NCBI GenBank assembly: GCA_026003195.1
Contig: BPGU01000004.1
Coordinates: 70,317-134,316, forward strand
Length of the DNA stretch: 64,000 nucleotides
Direction of reading: 5' to 3'
DNA from: Armatimonadota bacterium
GTDB taxonomy: Bacteria; Armatimonadota; HRBIN16
Made by a program: the position numbers and the translations under genes. Below are positions 50,808-61,009 of the stretch, piece after piece (the stretch's first letter is position 1; every line of letters starts with the position of its first letter). The notes beneath the pieces were generated by a model, which saw only the letters and a program-made list of their open reading frames with translations, made no database searches and was not told the origin of the DNA.

Positions 50808-51188
50808 ATGAGAAGAGCCATCGGGTTGGTCAGTGTTATCGTGCTTTTGGCAGTGCTGGGAGCGGTTTTACCAGCACGGGCAGTGGTCATCGAGGACGTT
50901 TTGAAGAACCATCCTTTGGTCGCGTTGGTGAATAGCTGGAACACTCCGGCAGAAACCAACCCATCCGTTACCTTGAGCCAAGCTGGAGATACTTCCGAGG
51001 GGCTGAACGCCCTACCGGCAGCAAACAGCCCGGTCGTTTCGCCCGACGACATGACCGTAGAGATTGTTCCCATTCGCCTGCCCAAACTACCGGTGCAGGT
51101 GGTGTTTGCGCTCTACCTGATAGGCGCGCTGGTTTTCTACACTCTGCTGGTGCTGATCGCACAACCCGGTCCAGCCGAGTACTCCTGA
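50808..51188 (+). CDS. Hypothetical protein with signal peptide and C-terminal TM
   Basis: Signal ending ARA, low-complexity middle, hydrophobic C-terminal helix. Confidence 0.6.
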   Translation: MRRAIGLVSVIVLLAVLGAVLPARAVVIEDVLKNHPLVALVNSWNTPAETNPSVTLSQAGDTSEGLNALPAANSPVVSPDDMTVEIVPIRLPKLPVQVVFALYLIGALVFYTLLVLIAQPGPAEYS

Positions 51189-51216
51189 AACACTCTCATC
51201 TTACCTGGCACCTCCG

Positions 51217-51250
51217 CACTCCCCGGCACCAAGCTGCCGGGGAGTGTTTG
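51217..51250. terminator. Hairpin between convergent genes
   Basis: CACTCCCCGGCA-CCAAGC-TGCCGGGGAGTG-TTTG. Confidence 0.7.
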
Positions 51251-51257
51251 TGATGCA

Positions 51258-52925
51258 TTATCGGCTTCTCTGTACCACTGGTAACAGGATATGGCTGGGA
51301 CGTTTGGTATCCATATAGATGGTGTTGTGTGCCGGACGGGTGCGTTCGCTAGCGCGGAAAGGCTCCCCAGTGTTCGGGTTGGGGTCAAAGGCTGGGGCGT
51401 TGCTTGAAGTGATGTGCACCCGAATCCGATGCCCCTTGTTGAAGACAATGCTGGTGCTCCACAGGTCTATCTCGAAGCGATAGGATGTGCCCGGTTGCAG
51501 AAGCTTTTCGCGAGAGAACCCTTCCCGGAATCGGGCGCGTAGAATGCCCTCACAGATGTTGATGGAGCGTCCGTCCGGATATACGTCGCACAGCTTGGCC
51601 GCGAAGTCGGTGTCCGGTGCATCGCTGGAAGCCCACAGGATTACCCGAACCCTGCCTGTGACTTCTACGGGCTCCCGCAGCGGTTCGCTGGTGAACACGA
51701 GCACATCGGGACGGCTCTCTATCCGACGCTGGTCCATCGCTCCGGCGGGCAGGGTCAGACGTGGTCCGCCCACCGTTGGCACAGGGTCTTTGGGGTCGTA
51801 GGTATAGCTCAGCATGCCGCCCTCTTCGGGCTTGTGCACGGAGAGCGAGCGGTCTGGATGCAGGTAGAAGGGGGTTGGCGTGGCATTCACAGGAGGCCAC
51901 CTGTCGGCGGTGCGCCACTCGTTGCCGGGAGCATTGCGGTCGGTCACGTCGCCCATCACATAGTAGGTCACCGCAGGCTCGCGGTCTACGCCGTTGTCCA
52001 CCCCTTTCAGATAGTGGTCGAACCACTTCCAGATGTCGTGCGCGCTTCCGGGCGGATTCTTGGCGTTGGGAAAGGTCAGTTCCCCCGCTTTTTCCTGAAA
52101 CACCCCATGCGTCCAGGGTCCTATCAGCAGCTTCTGTTTGCCGCGTGCACCCTGCCCGCCCTGTGTCTGCATGCCGACGAAGGCGTCTATCGTTGCCTGC
52201 GCGAAGATGTCGTACCAGCCGCCGATGTGGATGGCGGGTGCATGGGTGTAGCGGTAGCGGGTAGTCATATCTCGCTCACGCCAGTAGGCGTCGTAGGTAG
52301 GGTGAGATGTCCAGATGCGCAGCGCGTCGGGGCTAAAAGCACTGATGCGCAGCCAGTCCTCAATCATCGCTTTGCGGAACACACCGCCCCAATACACCAC
52401 ACCATGGTACAGGCTGGGTGCCCCGACAGTGATATGTTGAGCGGTCACCTTCTTCGTGCCAGTGCCAGCCAGCAGATACTGCGTGATGCCCAGCGCAGAA
52501 CCGCCCCACGTGCCGATTTTGCCGTTGCACCAGGGCTGACGGGCTATCCACTCTACGGTGTCCTCGCCGTCACGCAGCTTGCCCCAGCCATCGGTTTCAA
52601 AAGGCAGGTTCTCCCCTTCTGAGCCAAACCGCCCGCGTGTGTTCTGAACAACCATCACATATCCCCTGCGTGCCGCGTCCTGAGCGATTCCCTCGCCCAG
52701 CTTGCGGTCGTATGGGGAGCGCAACAGGATCACGGGGAAGGGTCCCTCCCCTTCAGGGAAATAGATATCCGTTGCCAGACGCACCCCATCGCGCATCGGC
52801 ACCATGACCGTTTGCTTCTTCACCGGCGGCTGCAGTTTAGAGAGCACCGCTCGCACGAGAAAACCGACGCCGATGACACATACACTGAGGGTCAGTACCG
52901 TTCGCCACCATTTTGTCCTGCGCAT
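51258..52925 (-). CDS. CocE/NonD family hydrolase
   Basis: 'MRDGVRLATDIY', 'RGRFGSEG', WGGSALG, 'GGWYD', 'IGPWTH', jelly-roll C-terminal domain. Confidence 0.93.
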   Translation of the reverse strand: MRRTKWWRTVLTLSVCVIGVGFLVRAVLSKLQPPVKKQTVMVPMRDGVRLATDIYFPEGEGPFPVILLRSPYDRKLGEGIAQDAARRGYVMVVQNTRGRFGSEGENLPFETDGWGKLRDGEDTVEWIARQPWCNGKIGTWGGSALGITQYLLAGTGTKKVTAQHITVGAPSLYHGVVYWGGVFRKAMIEDWLRISAFSPDALRIWTSHPTYDAYWRERDMTTRYRYTHAPAIHIGGWYDIFAQATIDAFVGMQTQGGQGARGKQKLLIGPWTHGVFQEKAGELTFPNAKNPPGSAHDIWKWFDHYLKGVDNGVDREPAVTYYVMGDVTDRNAPGNEWRTADRWPPVNATPTPFYLHPDRSLSVHKPEEGGMLSYTYDPKDPVPTVGGPRLTLPAGAMDQRRIESRPDVLVFTSEPLREPVEVTGRVRVILWASSDAPDTDFAAKLCDVYPDGRSINICEGILRARFREGFSREKLLQPGTSYRFEIDLWSTSIVFNKGHRIRVHITSSNAPAFDPNPNTGEPFRASERTRPAHNTIYMDTKRPSHILLPVVQRSR

Positions 52926-53083
52926 TGCCGTCACTCCTTCGTCCATGTTTGGCATACACTTCGCAGAGGATGCAGGAGGTTCCTGTGAATCGTACACCCG
53001 GCGAGGATGAGGCTGCCGAGGTTGACATCCCCTGCCGAGCATGGTAGCTTGTAGCTGGCATCACGACAACGGAGGAAACAGCG

Positions 53084-53512
53084 GTGGATACCTGCAAAGT
53101 GTTCCATACCACCATCCGCAAGGAAACCCGGGGCAACGGGCACACGATAGACCTGACTTCAGAACTGCAGGCAGCGGTGCGCGAAAGCGGTATCCAGGAA
53201 GGAATCGTCAGCCTGTTCGTGATAGGCTCTACCGCAGGGTTGACCACGATGGAGTTTGAGCCGGGGCTGGTGAGTGACCTGCAGAGAGCTTTTGAGGCAA
53301 TCGCTCCCACTCAAGCCTCCTACGCGCACGAGGCTCGTTGGGGCGATGATAATGGACACGCGCATGTGCGTGCGTCGTTGCTGGGTCCTTCCCTCACCAT
53401 CCCGGTTGTGCAGGGGCAGGCGACGCTGGGCACGTGGCAGCAGGTGGTGCTGATCGATTTCGACACGCGCCCTCGTCAGCGGAGCGTGATGGTGCAGGTC
53501 CTGGGGCGATAG
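53084..53512 (+). CDS. yjbQ: YjbQ/UPF0047 family protein
   Basis: 'GSTAGLT', 'NGHAHVRASLLG', 'LGTWQQV..DFD'. Confidence 0.92.
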   Translation: MDTCKVFHTTIRKETRGNGHTIDLTSELQAAVRESGIQEGIVSLFVIGSTAGLTTMEFEPGLVSDLQRAFEAIAPTQASYAHEARWGDDNGHAHVRASLLGPSLTIPVVQGQATLGTWQQVVLIDFDTRPRQRSVMVQVLGR

Positions 53513-53524
53513 CCATCGCCCCAT

Positions 53525-54124
53525 TTACTCCTGCTGGGTTAACAGCGTCTTCAGCCTGCTGGCGAATGCACGTGGTGGTTCGTAGCCGACCAGCGTGAGC
53601 TCTTTCACCCACTCGCCACGCTTGCTGAGAAACGCGACGGTGGGCAGACCCTCTGCGCCGTACTTCCTGGCGAGTTCCGCCGTTTCGGGGGGTAACGTGC
53701 TGGAGGTCATGTCCACCCGGAAAACCGCAAACTGCTTCGCCAGGCGGGCCACCTCTCCGTCGGTCAGGGTTTCCCTCTCGAGCTGACGGCAGAACGGGCA
53801 CCAGTCCGCACTGAACAGCAGAATCACCGGCTTGCCCTCATCGACAGCCTGCTGAATAGCCGCTTTGCTCGCAGGCAGCAGGGTCACCTGTCCTTTCCCC
53901 GCCAGTACGCCGGGCTGTGCAATCCACAGTGCTGCCATGATGAGCACGAATCCCAGCATCGTATGCGCGCCGCGTCTGCGCAGCAGGAGTATTCCCGCCA
54001 CGCCCAGGCTCACTGTCATCAAGACGCGCGCCACCTCTAAGGGCATCCTCTCGCGAGCCAGCCAGAGCACGCCGGCAACCGCCAGCAGGACCACCACAGG
54101 TAACCAGAAACCGAACCGTTGCAT
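53525..54124 (-). CDS. Membrane-anchored thioredoxin-like protein (DsbD-gamma-like)
   Basis: Three N-terminal hydrophobic helices, FSADWCPFC, 'GLPT'. Confidence 0.88.
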   Translation of the reverse strand: MQRFGFWLPVVVLLAVAGVLWLARERMPLEVARVLMTVSLGVAGILLLRRRGAHTMLGFVLIMAALWIAQPGVLAGKGQVTLLPASKAAIQQAVDEGKPVILLFSADWCPFCRQLERETLTDGEVARLAKQFAVFRVDMTSSTLPPETAELARKYGAEGLPTVAFLSKRGEWVKELTLVGYEPPRAFASRLKTLLTQQE

Positions 54125-54135
54125 CGTACCTCTCC

Positions 54136-55989
54136 CTATCGCTTCGCTGTCTGTGTCGCCAGCGAATGGAATTGTGCCATCCGCTTCAAGAAAGCGTCCG
54201 GCGGTTCGAACTGTACCAGGCGCAGCGCTTTGTGTTCCTGCCCGGAGCCGTCCAGGAAGACAATCGTGGGTACGCCGACGATCCCGAAGCGTTTTTTCAA
54301 CTCCTGCACGGCAGGGCTATCGTCGCGCGTCAGGTCAGCCTTCAGCGCCAGCACGCCCTCGAACGCCTGCGCCACGCGCGGGTCCGAGAAAGTGTTTGCC
54401 TCCAGCTCTTTGCAAGGCAAGCACCAGTCGGCGTAAAAGTCAATCACCACCGGCTTGCGCTCGGCGATGGCTTGCTGGAGCGCCGTCTCACTGTAGGGCT
54501 GCCAAGCGATGTGAGCGCTTTCCGCTTTCTGTGTGGGCAGTGCAATCATCACCGCCCACGCTACAAGCGCAACGCCCAGCAGCCGCTTGAACCAGAAGAA
54601 AGCGCGTACCGTCTTCGCCAGCTGGTCGATGGCTACCAGGTACACCCCCACACCTGCTAGGAAGGCAAACATCAGCCACTTATAAACTGCTGCAGGCAGG
54701 ATGGGGCTGAGGAAGAATATCGCTACGCCAATCAGTGCAAAGCCGAACAGATGCTCCACCGCCACCATCCACTCACCGCTGCGAGGCAGGCGTCGGATCG
54801 CTCCCGAGAACATCGCCAGCACAATATACGGAATGCCCAGGCCGATTCCTAACGTCAGAAACAGTAGAAAGCCCAGAGGCACGTTGCCTGTGCCGGACAC
54901 CACCGCTGCCAGAGCAACCACCACAGGACCCACACACGGCGCTGCCGCCACACCCACCAGCAAACCCATCAACAACGCGCCCAGCCAGCCTTCGCGCAGG
55001 CGCGCCTTGTTCCGCAGACCGGCGGGCAACTGCAACTGATACACTCCAAACATGCTCAACGCCAGTGCCACCAGTATCACTGCGAACCCACCTAACACCC
55101 AGGGGTTTTGCAACTGGAACCCGAAAGTCTTTCCCAATGCCGCTGCTGCCGTGCCCAGCGCGGCGTACATCAACGCCATCCCGAACACATAGACCAGAGC
55201 CAGTCCGAAAGTGCGCCCCGAACTGCCGGAGGTCTGCCTGCTGAAAAAGGAGATGGTGATGGGAATCAGCGGATACACACAGGGCGTCAGGTTCAAAAGA
55301 AGCCCCAGCAGCAGGATGATAGGCAGAGCGATGGCAAATCGCCCGGTGTTCAACAGGTCTTGGAGTTTCTGCAGATATGCTCCCCCCGGTGTGGAAGAGA
55401 AGCTTCCTGCCGCGGCAGGCGTGCCCGCCGAGCCATCTGCCGGAGAGGTTTCGCCCGCCTGTGCCACTGCCTGTGTTTCCTCCGTCGCCGCGCTGGCGGA
55501 AGCGGTGCCCACCTTGAGTTTCAACGTAAAGGGCACATCCCCAGGAGGATAACAGGACTTGTCATCGCACGCCTGATAGTTCACCTTGCCGCGAACGGTG
55601 ACTTCGCCCGACTTCAGACCCTGAGAGGGCGTAGCAGGAACACGCACAACCACCTTGCCCTCGTAAACGGCGATTTTCTTGCCTCCGGTGAAAGCGAACT
55701 CGCGCAGCAAGCCCTTCGGATACTGGGGAGCAGCGAAGGTGATACCCGGTACAGGGTCTATCGTCACACTGGTAGGAATCAGGAACTTCTCGCTCGCCGG
55801 GTTGGCATTCACGTGGTAGGGATGTTTGATGTTCAACGTCACCAGTATCTGAAAAGGCTTCCCTGGCACGACCTGTTTCACTGATGCCGTCGCCTGTACG
55901 CTCAGCGCGTCCTTCGGCGGCGCAAACTGCGCTACGGCGGTGATGGTCAGCAGCAATATGGTGAACAACAGAGCAATGATTCGGTGCAT
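54136..55989 (-). CDS. dsbD: Thiol:disulfide interchange protein DsbD
   Basis: Alpha 'QACDDKSCYPP', beta 'LTPCVYP' and 'APCVGP', gamma 'ADWCLPC'. Confidence 0.95.
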   Translation of the reverse strand: MHRIIALLFTILLLTITAVAQFAPPKDALSVQATASVKQVVPGKPFQILVTLNIKHPYHVNANPASEKFLIPTSVTIDPVPGITFAAPQYPKGLLREFAFTGGKKIAVYEGKVVVRVPATPSQGLKSGEVTVRGKVNYQACDDKSCYPPGDVPFTLKLKVGTASASAATEETQAVAQAGETSPADGSAGTPAAAGSFSSTPGGAYLQKLQDLLNTGRFAIALPIILLLGLLLNLTPCVYPLIPITISFFSRQTSGSSGRTFGLALVYVFGMALMYAALGTAAAALGKTFGFQLQNPWVLGGFAVILVALALSMFGVYQLQLPAGLRNKARLREGWLGALLMGLLVGVAAAPCVGPVVVALAAVVSGTGNVPLGFLLFLTLGIGLGIPYIVLAMFSGAIRRLPRSGEWMVAVEHLFGFALIGVAIFFLSPILPAAVYKWLMFAFLAGVGVYLVAIDQLAKTVRAFFWFKRLLGVALVAWAVMIALPTQKAESAHIAWQPYSETALQQAIAERKPVVIDFYADWCLPCKELEANTFSDPRVAQAFEGVLALKADLTRDDSPAVQELKKRFGIVGVPTIVFLDGSGQEHKALRLVQFEPPDAFLKRMAQFHSLATQTAKR

Positions 55990-56167
55990 GGACTTCACCT
56001 CGTACAGAATTTCTCTTCCCTATACGATAGATACCTCGAAGCGCGTTTCGGATGCATCCTTGCGACGGAAGGTGTGATGCCTCACCCTTGCACAGGCTCT
56101 TTGCGGAAAGAGGAACGCTTTGCGCCGTCGGATAAAGTATAACGCAGCATTCTTCGGAGGTAGCACC

Positions 56168-57826
56168 ATGTCGGACAACTGGAACGCACGCTGGGATGCG
56201 CTGGCGGACCGCCTGACACAGATGACCCTGCAGCGCTACCCGGAAATGGCCACCTATCTGGGCGTACATACCTACGACCATCAGGTATACGACTACTCCG
56301 AATCTGCACGGGATGCGGAGATACGCGCCCTGTACAGCTTCTTCAGGGAGATGCAGTCCATCCCGCGCGAGCAGCTGAGTCCGGAGCGCGCGCTGGACTA
56401 TGCGCTGCTGGAAGGGGAAATACGCCACCGGCTGATTGACCTCGAATCGTGGCGCAGCTGGACGCATGACCCCGACACACCCAACAGTCTGGTCGTGGGT
56501 GGGGTGTTTGTCCTGGCAAAGCGGTCCTTTGCTCCACCGGAGGAGCGGTTCAAAGCGGTGATTGCACGCCTCAAGCAGGCACCGACCACGTTCGCTCACG
56601 CCCGCCGCCAGCTCACCGAGCCCGCCCGCGAGCCGACGGAAATCGCCATTCAGCAGGTGAAGGCGACCATAGGCTTTTACGAAAGGTCGTTGCCCGCCGC
56701 TTTCCGCGAGGTGAAGGACACCTCTCTCTGGAACGAGTTCGAGGAGGTCAACCGTGAGGTGATCGACACCTATCGCGCCTATGCGGCATGGCTGGAGGAA
56801 GAGGTGCTCCCTCGCGCAGAACATCCCTTCGCCATCGGTGAACGGCACTATAGCCTGCGTCTGAAATGGGGCGAAGGGGTGGAAATGCCTCTGGAAAAGC
56901 TCATCGACATCGGCAAGCGCGAACTGCAACGGCTGCAGGAAGAGTTCGTAGCGACCGCCGCACAGATAGACCCGCACCGCTCCCCACGCGAGGTGTTCGA
57001 CGAGATAGCTCAAGACCACCCCACTGCAGAAGAGCTCATCCCCTTCACCCAGCAGATGCTGGAGGAACTGCGGCAGTTCTGCATCGACCGCGAGATAGTG
57101 ACCATCCCTTCCGACGTGCGTTGTCGGGTGGAAGAGACGCCTGAGTTCATGCGCGAGCTGACCTTCGCCAGCATGGACACGCCGGGTCCTTTCGAGGAGG
57201 TAGCGACGGAGGCGTATTATAACGTTACTCTGCCTGCGCCCGACTGGTCGCCGGAGGACGTAGAAGCACACCTGCGTGCGTTCAATCGCTACAACCTGAC
57301 TGCTATCAGCATCCACGAGGCGTACCCGGGACACTACGTACAGTTTCTGTGGCTGAAACATGCTCCCACGCGCCTGCGCAAGATGCTCGGTTCGTACTCC
57401 AACGCAGAGGGCTGGGCACACTACTGCGAGGAGCTGTTCATGGAACTGGGCTATCAAGCGGATGACCCTCGCTACCGTCTGGCGCAGCTGCACGAGGCAC
57501 TGCTACGCGCCTGTCGGTACGTGGCAGGGTTCGGTATGCATACGCAGGGGATGAGCCTGGAGGAGGCAAAACAGCTCTTTATCGAGCAGGGGCATATGGA
57601 ACCCATCAACGCCGAACGAGAGGCAAAGCGCGGTACCGTAGACCCCATGTACTGCAACTACACGCTGGGCAAACTGCTCTTACTCCAGCTGCGCGAAGAC
57701 CTGAAGCGCAAACAGGGTGACGCTTTCAGCCTGCGCCGGTTTCACGATGAGTATCTGCAAGCAGGCTTCCCGCCTATCCCGCTGCTCAGGGAGCAGATGC
57801 TGGGCGAGGTGGGAGAGGTTTTGTGA
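56168..57826 (+). CDS. DUF885-family putative metallopeptidase
   Basis: 'HEAYPGHYVQ', 'EGWAHYCE', 'YTLGK', 'FHD'; GGAGG RBS; no signal peptide. Confidence 0.9.
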   Translation: MSDNWNARWDALADRLTQMTLQRYPEMATYLGVHTYDHQVYDYSESARDAEIRALYSFFREMQSIPREQLSPERALDYALLEGEIRHRLIDLESWRSWTHDPDTPNSLVVGGVFVLAKRSFAPPEERFKAVIARLKQAPTTFAHARRQLTEPAREPTEIAIQQVKATIGFYERSLPAAFREVKDTSLWNEFEEVNREVIDTYRAYAAWLEEEVLPRAEHPFAIGERHYSLRLKWGEGVEMPLEKLIDIGKRELQRLQEEFVATAAQIDPHRSPREVFDEIAQDHPTAEELIPFTQQMLEELRQFCIDREIVTIPSDVRCRVEETPEFMRELTFASMDTPGPFEEVATEAYYNVTLPAPDWSPEDVEAHLRAFNRYNLTAISIHEAYPGHYVQFLWLKHAPTRLRKMLGSYSNAEGWAHYCEELFMELGYQADDPRYRLAQLHEALLRACRYVAGFGMHTQGMSLEEAKQLFIEQGHMEPINAEREAKRGTVDPMYCNYTLGKLLLLQLREDLKRKQGDAFSLRRFHDEYLQAGFPPIPLLREQMLGEVGEVL

Positions 57827-57850
57827 GCCTTTGGCGGTTGCCGAGTCTTC

Positions 57851-59044
57851 TCACGAACTGAGCAGAACCGTCTCCCGCTCGAACAGGCGGGTGGCTATCT
57901 GCAGCGTCAGCACCGCCACCAGACCGGAGAGGAGCAAAGAGACCAACAGAAACGTGGGGTTCACGATACCCGTCAGCACCTGTTTGATGATGATCGCACT
58001 GTTCAGCACGGGTATCGCCGCCAACCACAGCCCGGACTCCGTGCGTACGAACATCGATGCTACAGCGGGCAGCACAATGAGCGAACTGAGCGGTATCAGG
58101 TAGGTCTGAGCTTCCTTCTGGTTGCGGGCGAAGGTGGAGAGGATAACCAGCATCGCCGAGTAGAAAACGGTGAGCGGTAGCAGGGTGACCAGCAGTGCGC
58201 CCATTGCCGGCACGGACAGACCGAACTTGCCTGCCTGCTCAGCGAAGATATTGGCGCTCGTGGGCATCGCGAAAGCCAGCATCATCCCCAGCATGGCGAA
58301 TATCGCTGCCAACATGCACACGACCACTACGGTCAGGAACTTCCCCCAGACAATCTGTCGGCGCGAGGCAGGCGTCGCCAAAAGTGTTTCCAGCGTACCA
58401 CGCTCCTTCTCCCCCGCCACGAGGTCAAAAGCGGGCGAAACTGCCCCGAAAAACGCCGATAGCACGATGACGTAGGGCAGGATGATGCTGAGAACGAGGT
58501 TGCCCACCGGACTCTCGGTCTTTATCGCCTGAGTGACCACTGCCAGCGGTTGGGCGAACTCCGAACCGATGAAACGACGGGCGAGACGCCGTTGGAGCCA
58601 TACCGCGCTGAAGCTATCGGTCAAAGCCTTCAACCGCTGCACCGCGTCGCGAGAGCTGTCGTTCAAAGGGTCAAACAACACGACTAACTTCGCAGTGCTC
58701 TCGTTGTGCAGGTGCTCCTCGAAACGCTCTTCCAGCAGAACCACCACCTTCACGCGGCGGCTGCGCAACATCGCCTCCGCCTGTTGCCGGTTCTCAACGG
58801 TTTGAACGGCGAAGCCCCCCTCTTTCAGCGCGGTGATGAACTCCTCGCCGCCTCTGGGGGCGACCACCCCTGCGGGGATGACCACCGTACGGGCGGATTC
58901 CTGACGTTGCCGCACCATCATCCCGATGCCCCACAGCAGCATCGGGGTCAGTAAGAGCGGAGAGACGATGGTGGAGAATAGCACTCGTCGGTCGCGCAGA
59001 ACCTCGCGTAGCTCCTTCCAAAAGACCACAAAGGTTCGGTTCAC
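57851..59044 (-). CDS. ABC transporter permease, NatB-like
   Basis: 'KELREVLRDRR', 'AGEKERGTLETLL', 'FARNQKEAQTY'. Confidence 0.9.
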   Translation of the reverse strand: MNRTFVVFWKELREVLRDRRVLFSTIVSPLLLTPMLLWGIGMMVRQRQESARTVVIPAGVVAPRGGEEFITALKEGGFAVQTVENRQQAEAMLRSRRVKVVVLLEERFEEHLHNESTAKLVVLFDPLNDSSRDAVQRLKALTDSFSAVWLQRRLARRFIGSEFAQPLAVVTQAIKTESPVGNLVLSIILPYVIVLSAFFGAVSPAFDLVAGEKERGTLETLLATPASRRQIVWGKFLTVVVVCMLAAIFAMLGMMLAFAMPTSANIFAEQAGKFGLSVPAMGALLVTLLPLTVFYSAMLVILSTFARNQKEAQTYLIPLSSLIVLPAVASMFVRTESGLWLAAIPVLNSAIIIKQVLTGIVNPTFLLVSLLLSGLVAVLTLQIATRLFERETVLLSS

Positions 59045-59787
59045 TCTTCGCCCTCCTTTTCGCCGATAAGACTCAGGAATATCAGTTCCAGTGCTCGCTC
59101 GCCCGTGCGCGCTCGCAGTTCCTCCAGTGTGCCGGTTGCCACGATGCGTCCCCTGTGGATGACCGCGATGCGGTCGCAGAGCCGTTCGGCTTCGCTCATG
59201 ATATGCGTGGAGAACAGGATGGTATGTCCACGCTGGCGACTGTGCTGGATAAACTGCATGATGGTGCGTGAAGTCACCACGTCCAGCCCCGCCGTGGGCT
59301 CATCCAGGAACATCACAGGGGGGCGATGGATGATGCTCCGGGCGATGCTCACCCTCTGTTTCTGACCGGTGGAAAGCCTGTCGCACCGCCCGTCGATAAA
59401 CTCCTTCATCTGCAGGGTCTCTACCAGTTCCTCGATGCGCTGGTGCAGCACCTTGCGCGACAAACCATACAGGGAGCCGAAATAGGTGAGCACCTCTCGC
59501 GCCGTGAGACGACCATACAACGCGGTGGAGCCGGTCAGGTAGCCAATATGCTGGCGCACCTCTTGCGGTTGCGTGCGGATGCTGTATCCGGCAACCGTCG
59601 CCTCGCCTGCGGAGGGAGCCAGTATCGTGCCCAACACGCGCAGAAGCGTGGTCTTGCCTGCACCGTTGACACCCAGAATGCCAAGCACCTCTCCGGGGCG
59701 CGCCTCAAAGCTCACCTCGTCCAGCGCAACCACCGTGCCCCGCTTGCGGTCGGTGAAGATTTTGCTCAAACCCGATGCCGTAACCAT
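59041..59787 (-). CDS. ABC transporter ATP-binding protein, NatA-like
   Basis: GVNGAGKT, LSTGQ, LDEPT; ATG 59787 behind GAAAGGA. Confidence 0.92.
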   Translation of the reverse strand: MVTASGLSKIFTDRKRGTVVALDEVSFEARPGEVLGILGVNGAGKTTLLRVLGTILAPSAGEATVAGYSIRTQPQEVRQHIGYLTGSTALYGRLTAREVLTYFGSLYGLSRKVLHQRIEELVETLQMKEFIDGRCDRLSTGQKQRVSIARSIIHRPPVMFLDEPTAGLDVVTSRTIMQFIQHSRQRGHTILFSTHIMSEAERLCDRIAVIHRGRIVATGTLEELRARTGERALELIFLSLIGEKEGEE

Positions 59788-59924
59788 CTCGATAATCCTT
59801 TCAACAAGGAGGACACCCTTCCCGCGTACAGGTTTCGCCTGTGCGCACCGCTCGTTATTGTACAGGAAGAAAAGAGCGTTGGGCAAACAAGTACTCCGTC
59901 AAGGCTCAATGTTGTGAGAGACCA

Positions 59925-60033
59925 CCCGGCGACTGGAAGTCGCGGGCAACAAATGCACAAAACCCCCTTCGGGGGTTAGTAACCTGCGTGAGCAGGTTTC
60001 GTACCTTGTTGCCCGCGATTTTCCATCGCTGGG
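59925..60033. repeat. REPIN/BIME-like composite palindrome
   Basis: CCCGGCGACTGGAAGTCGCGGGCAACAA and an inverted near-copy enclose hairpins AACCCCC-TTC-GGGGGTT and AACCTGC-GTGA-GCAGGTT. Confidence 0.75.
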
Positions 60034-60102
60034 ACAACACTTCAGAAGCAGGCCTGACAAAGTACGAGGTGTTGCACAATTTTTCTTTTGTGATAAACTC
60101 GG

Positions 60103-60131
60103 TTGACAATTTTTTTCTGCTTCACTATAAT
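60103..60131 (+). promoter_or_regulatory. Perfect sigma70 promoter of the RpiR sugar operon
   Basis: TTGACA-17-TATAAT; upstream CACAA-N8-TTGTG palindrome at 60075-60092. Confidence 0.88.
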
Positions 60132-60151
60132 GGGAAGTGGAGGCGAGTATC

Positions 60152-61009
60152 ATGGCGTCGGTACTGGAAAAAGTTTCTGCGCTGTACACCTCCTTGAACG
60201 AAGCGGAGCGCAAAGTCGCCGACTTTGTGCTGAACCATCCCGAGGAGGCGCGGGGCTGTAGCGTCATTCACCTCAGCGACCGCAGCGGAGTCAGCGAGAC
60301 CACGGTGGTGCGATTCTGCCGCTCTATCGGCTTCAAGGGCTACGCGGATTTCAAGCTGGCGCTGGTCGCCGACCTGGCTCCCCAGCGCGAACCTGTGCCC
60401 GATGTGCATGGCGACGTATCGCCTGAAGACGACCTTCCCCGACTGGTGCAGAAGGTGCTGAACATGGACGTGCAGGCGGTCGCCAGCACGATGGAGTTGC
60501 TGGACATAAAGCAGTTCGAGCGGGCTGTAGACGTCATCGCCAGCGCACGCCGGGTAGCGATATTCGGGGTGGGCAGCTCACTGCCCGTGTGTATGGACCT
60601 GCAGTACCGTCTGCAGCGTTGTGGCATCAACACCCTCTTCTCGGTGGATGACCATCTTCAGGCAATCAACGCCGCTCTGCTGGAGCCGGGTGATGTGGGG
60701 CTGGCGGTATCCTATTCCGGAGCGAGCCGTGAAACGATCGAATCGGTGGAACTGGCGAAAGAGGCAGGCGCACGCACCGTCTGCGTCACCAGCTTCCGAC
60801 GCTCCCCGCTGGCGAAGCTGTGCGACATCTGTCTGGTGACCTCCGCCGGACGCACGCAGTGGCTGGATGAGACCATCACCGCGAGGCTGGTACAGCTGGC
60901 TCTGTTTGACGCGCTGTGTGTGGCGCTGGCTCGCCGAAAGCACGGTGAAGCACTGCCCATTCTGAACAAAATCGCCCGAGCGGTGGAGCGAAAGAGGCAC
61001 ACGGTATGA
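60152..61009 (+). CDS. MurR/RpiR family transcriptional regulator
   Basis: HTH 'SETTVVRFCRSIGFKGYADFK', SIS 'FGVGSS', 'SYSG'. Confidence 0.95.
   Translation: MASVLEKVSALYTSLNEAERKVADFVLNHPEEARGCSVIHLSDRSGVSETTVVRFCRSIGFKGYADFKLALVADLAPQREPVPDVHGDVSPEDDLPRLVQKVLNMDVQAVASTMELLDIKQFERAVDVIASARRVAIFGVGSSLPVCMDLQYRLQRCGINTLFSVDDHLQAINAALLEPGDVGLAVSYSGASRETIESVELAKEAGARTVCVTSFRRSPLAKLCDICLVTSAGRTQWLDETITARLVQLALFDALCVALARRKHGEALPILNKIARAVERKRHTV

Noticed and set aside
55562-57493. 643-aa antisense ORF
   Set aside because: Shadow of the DUF885 gene; overlaps dsbD; no protein-like features
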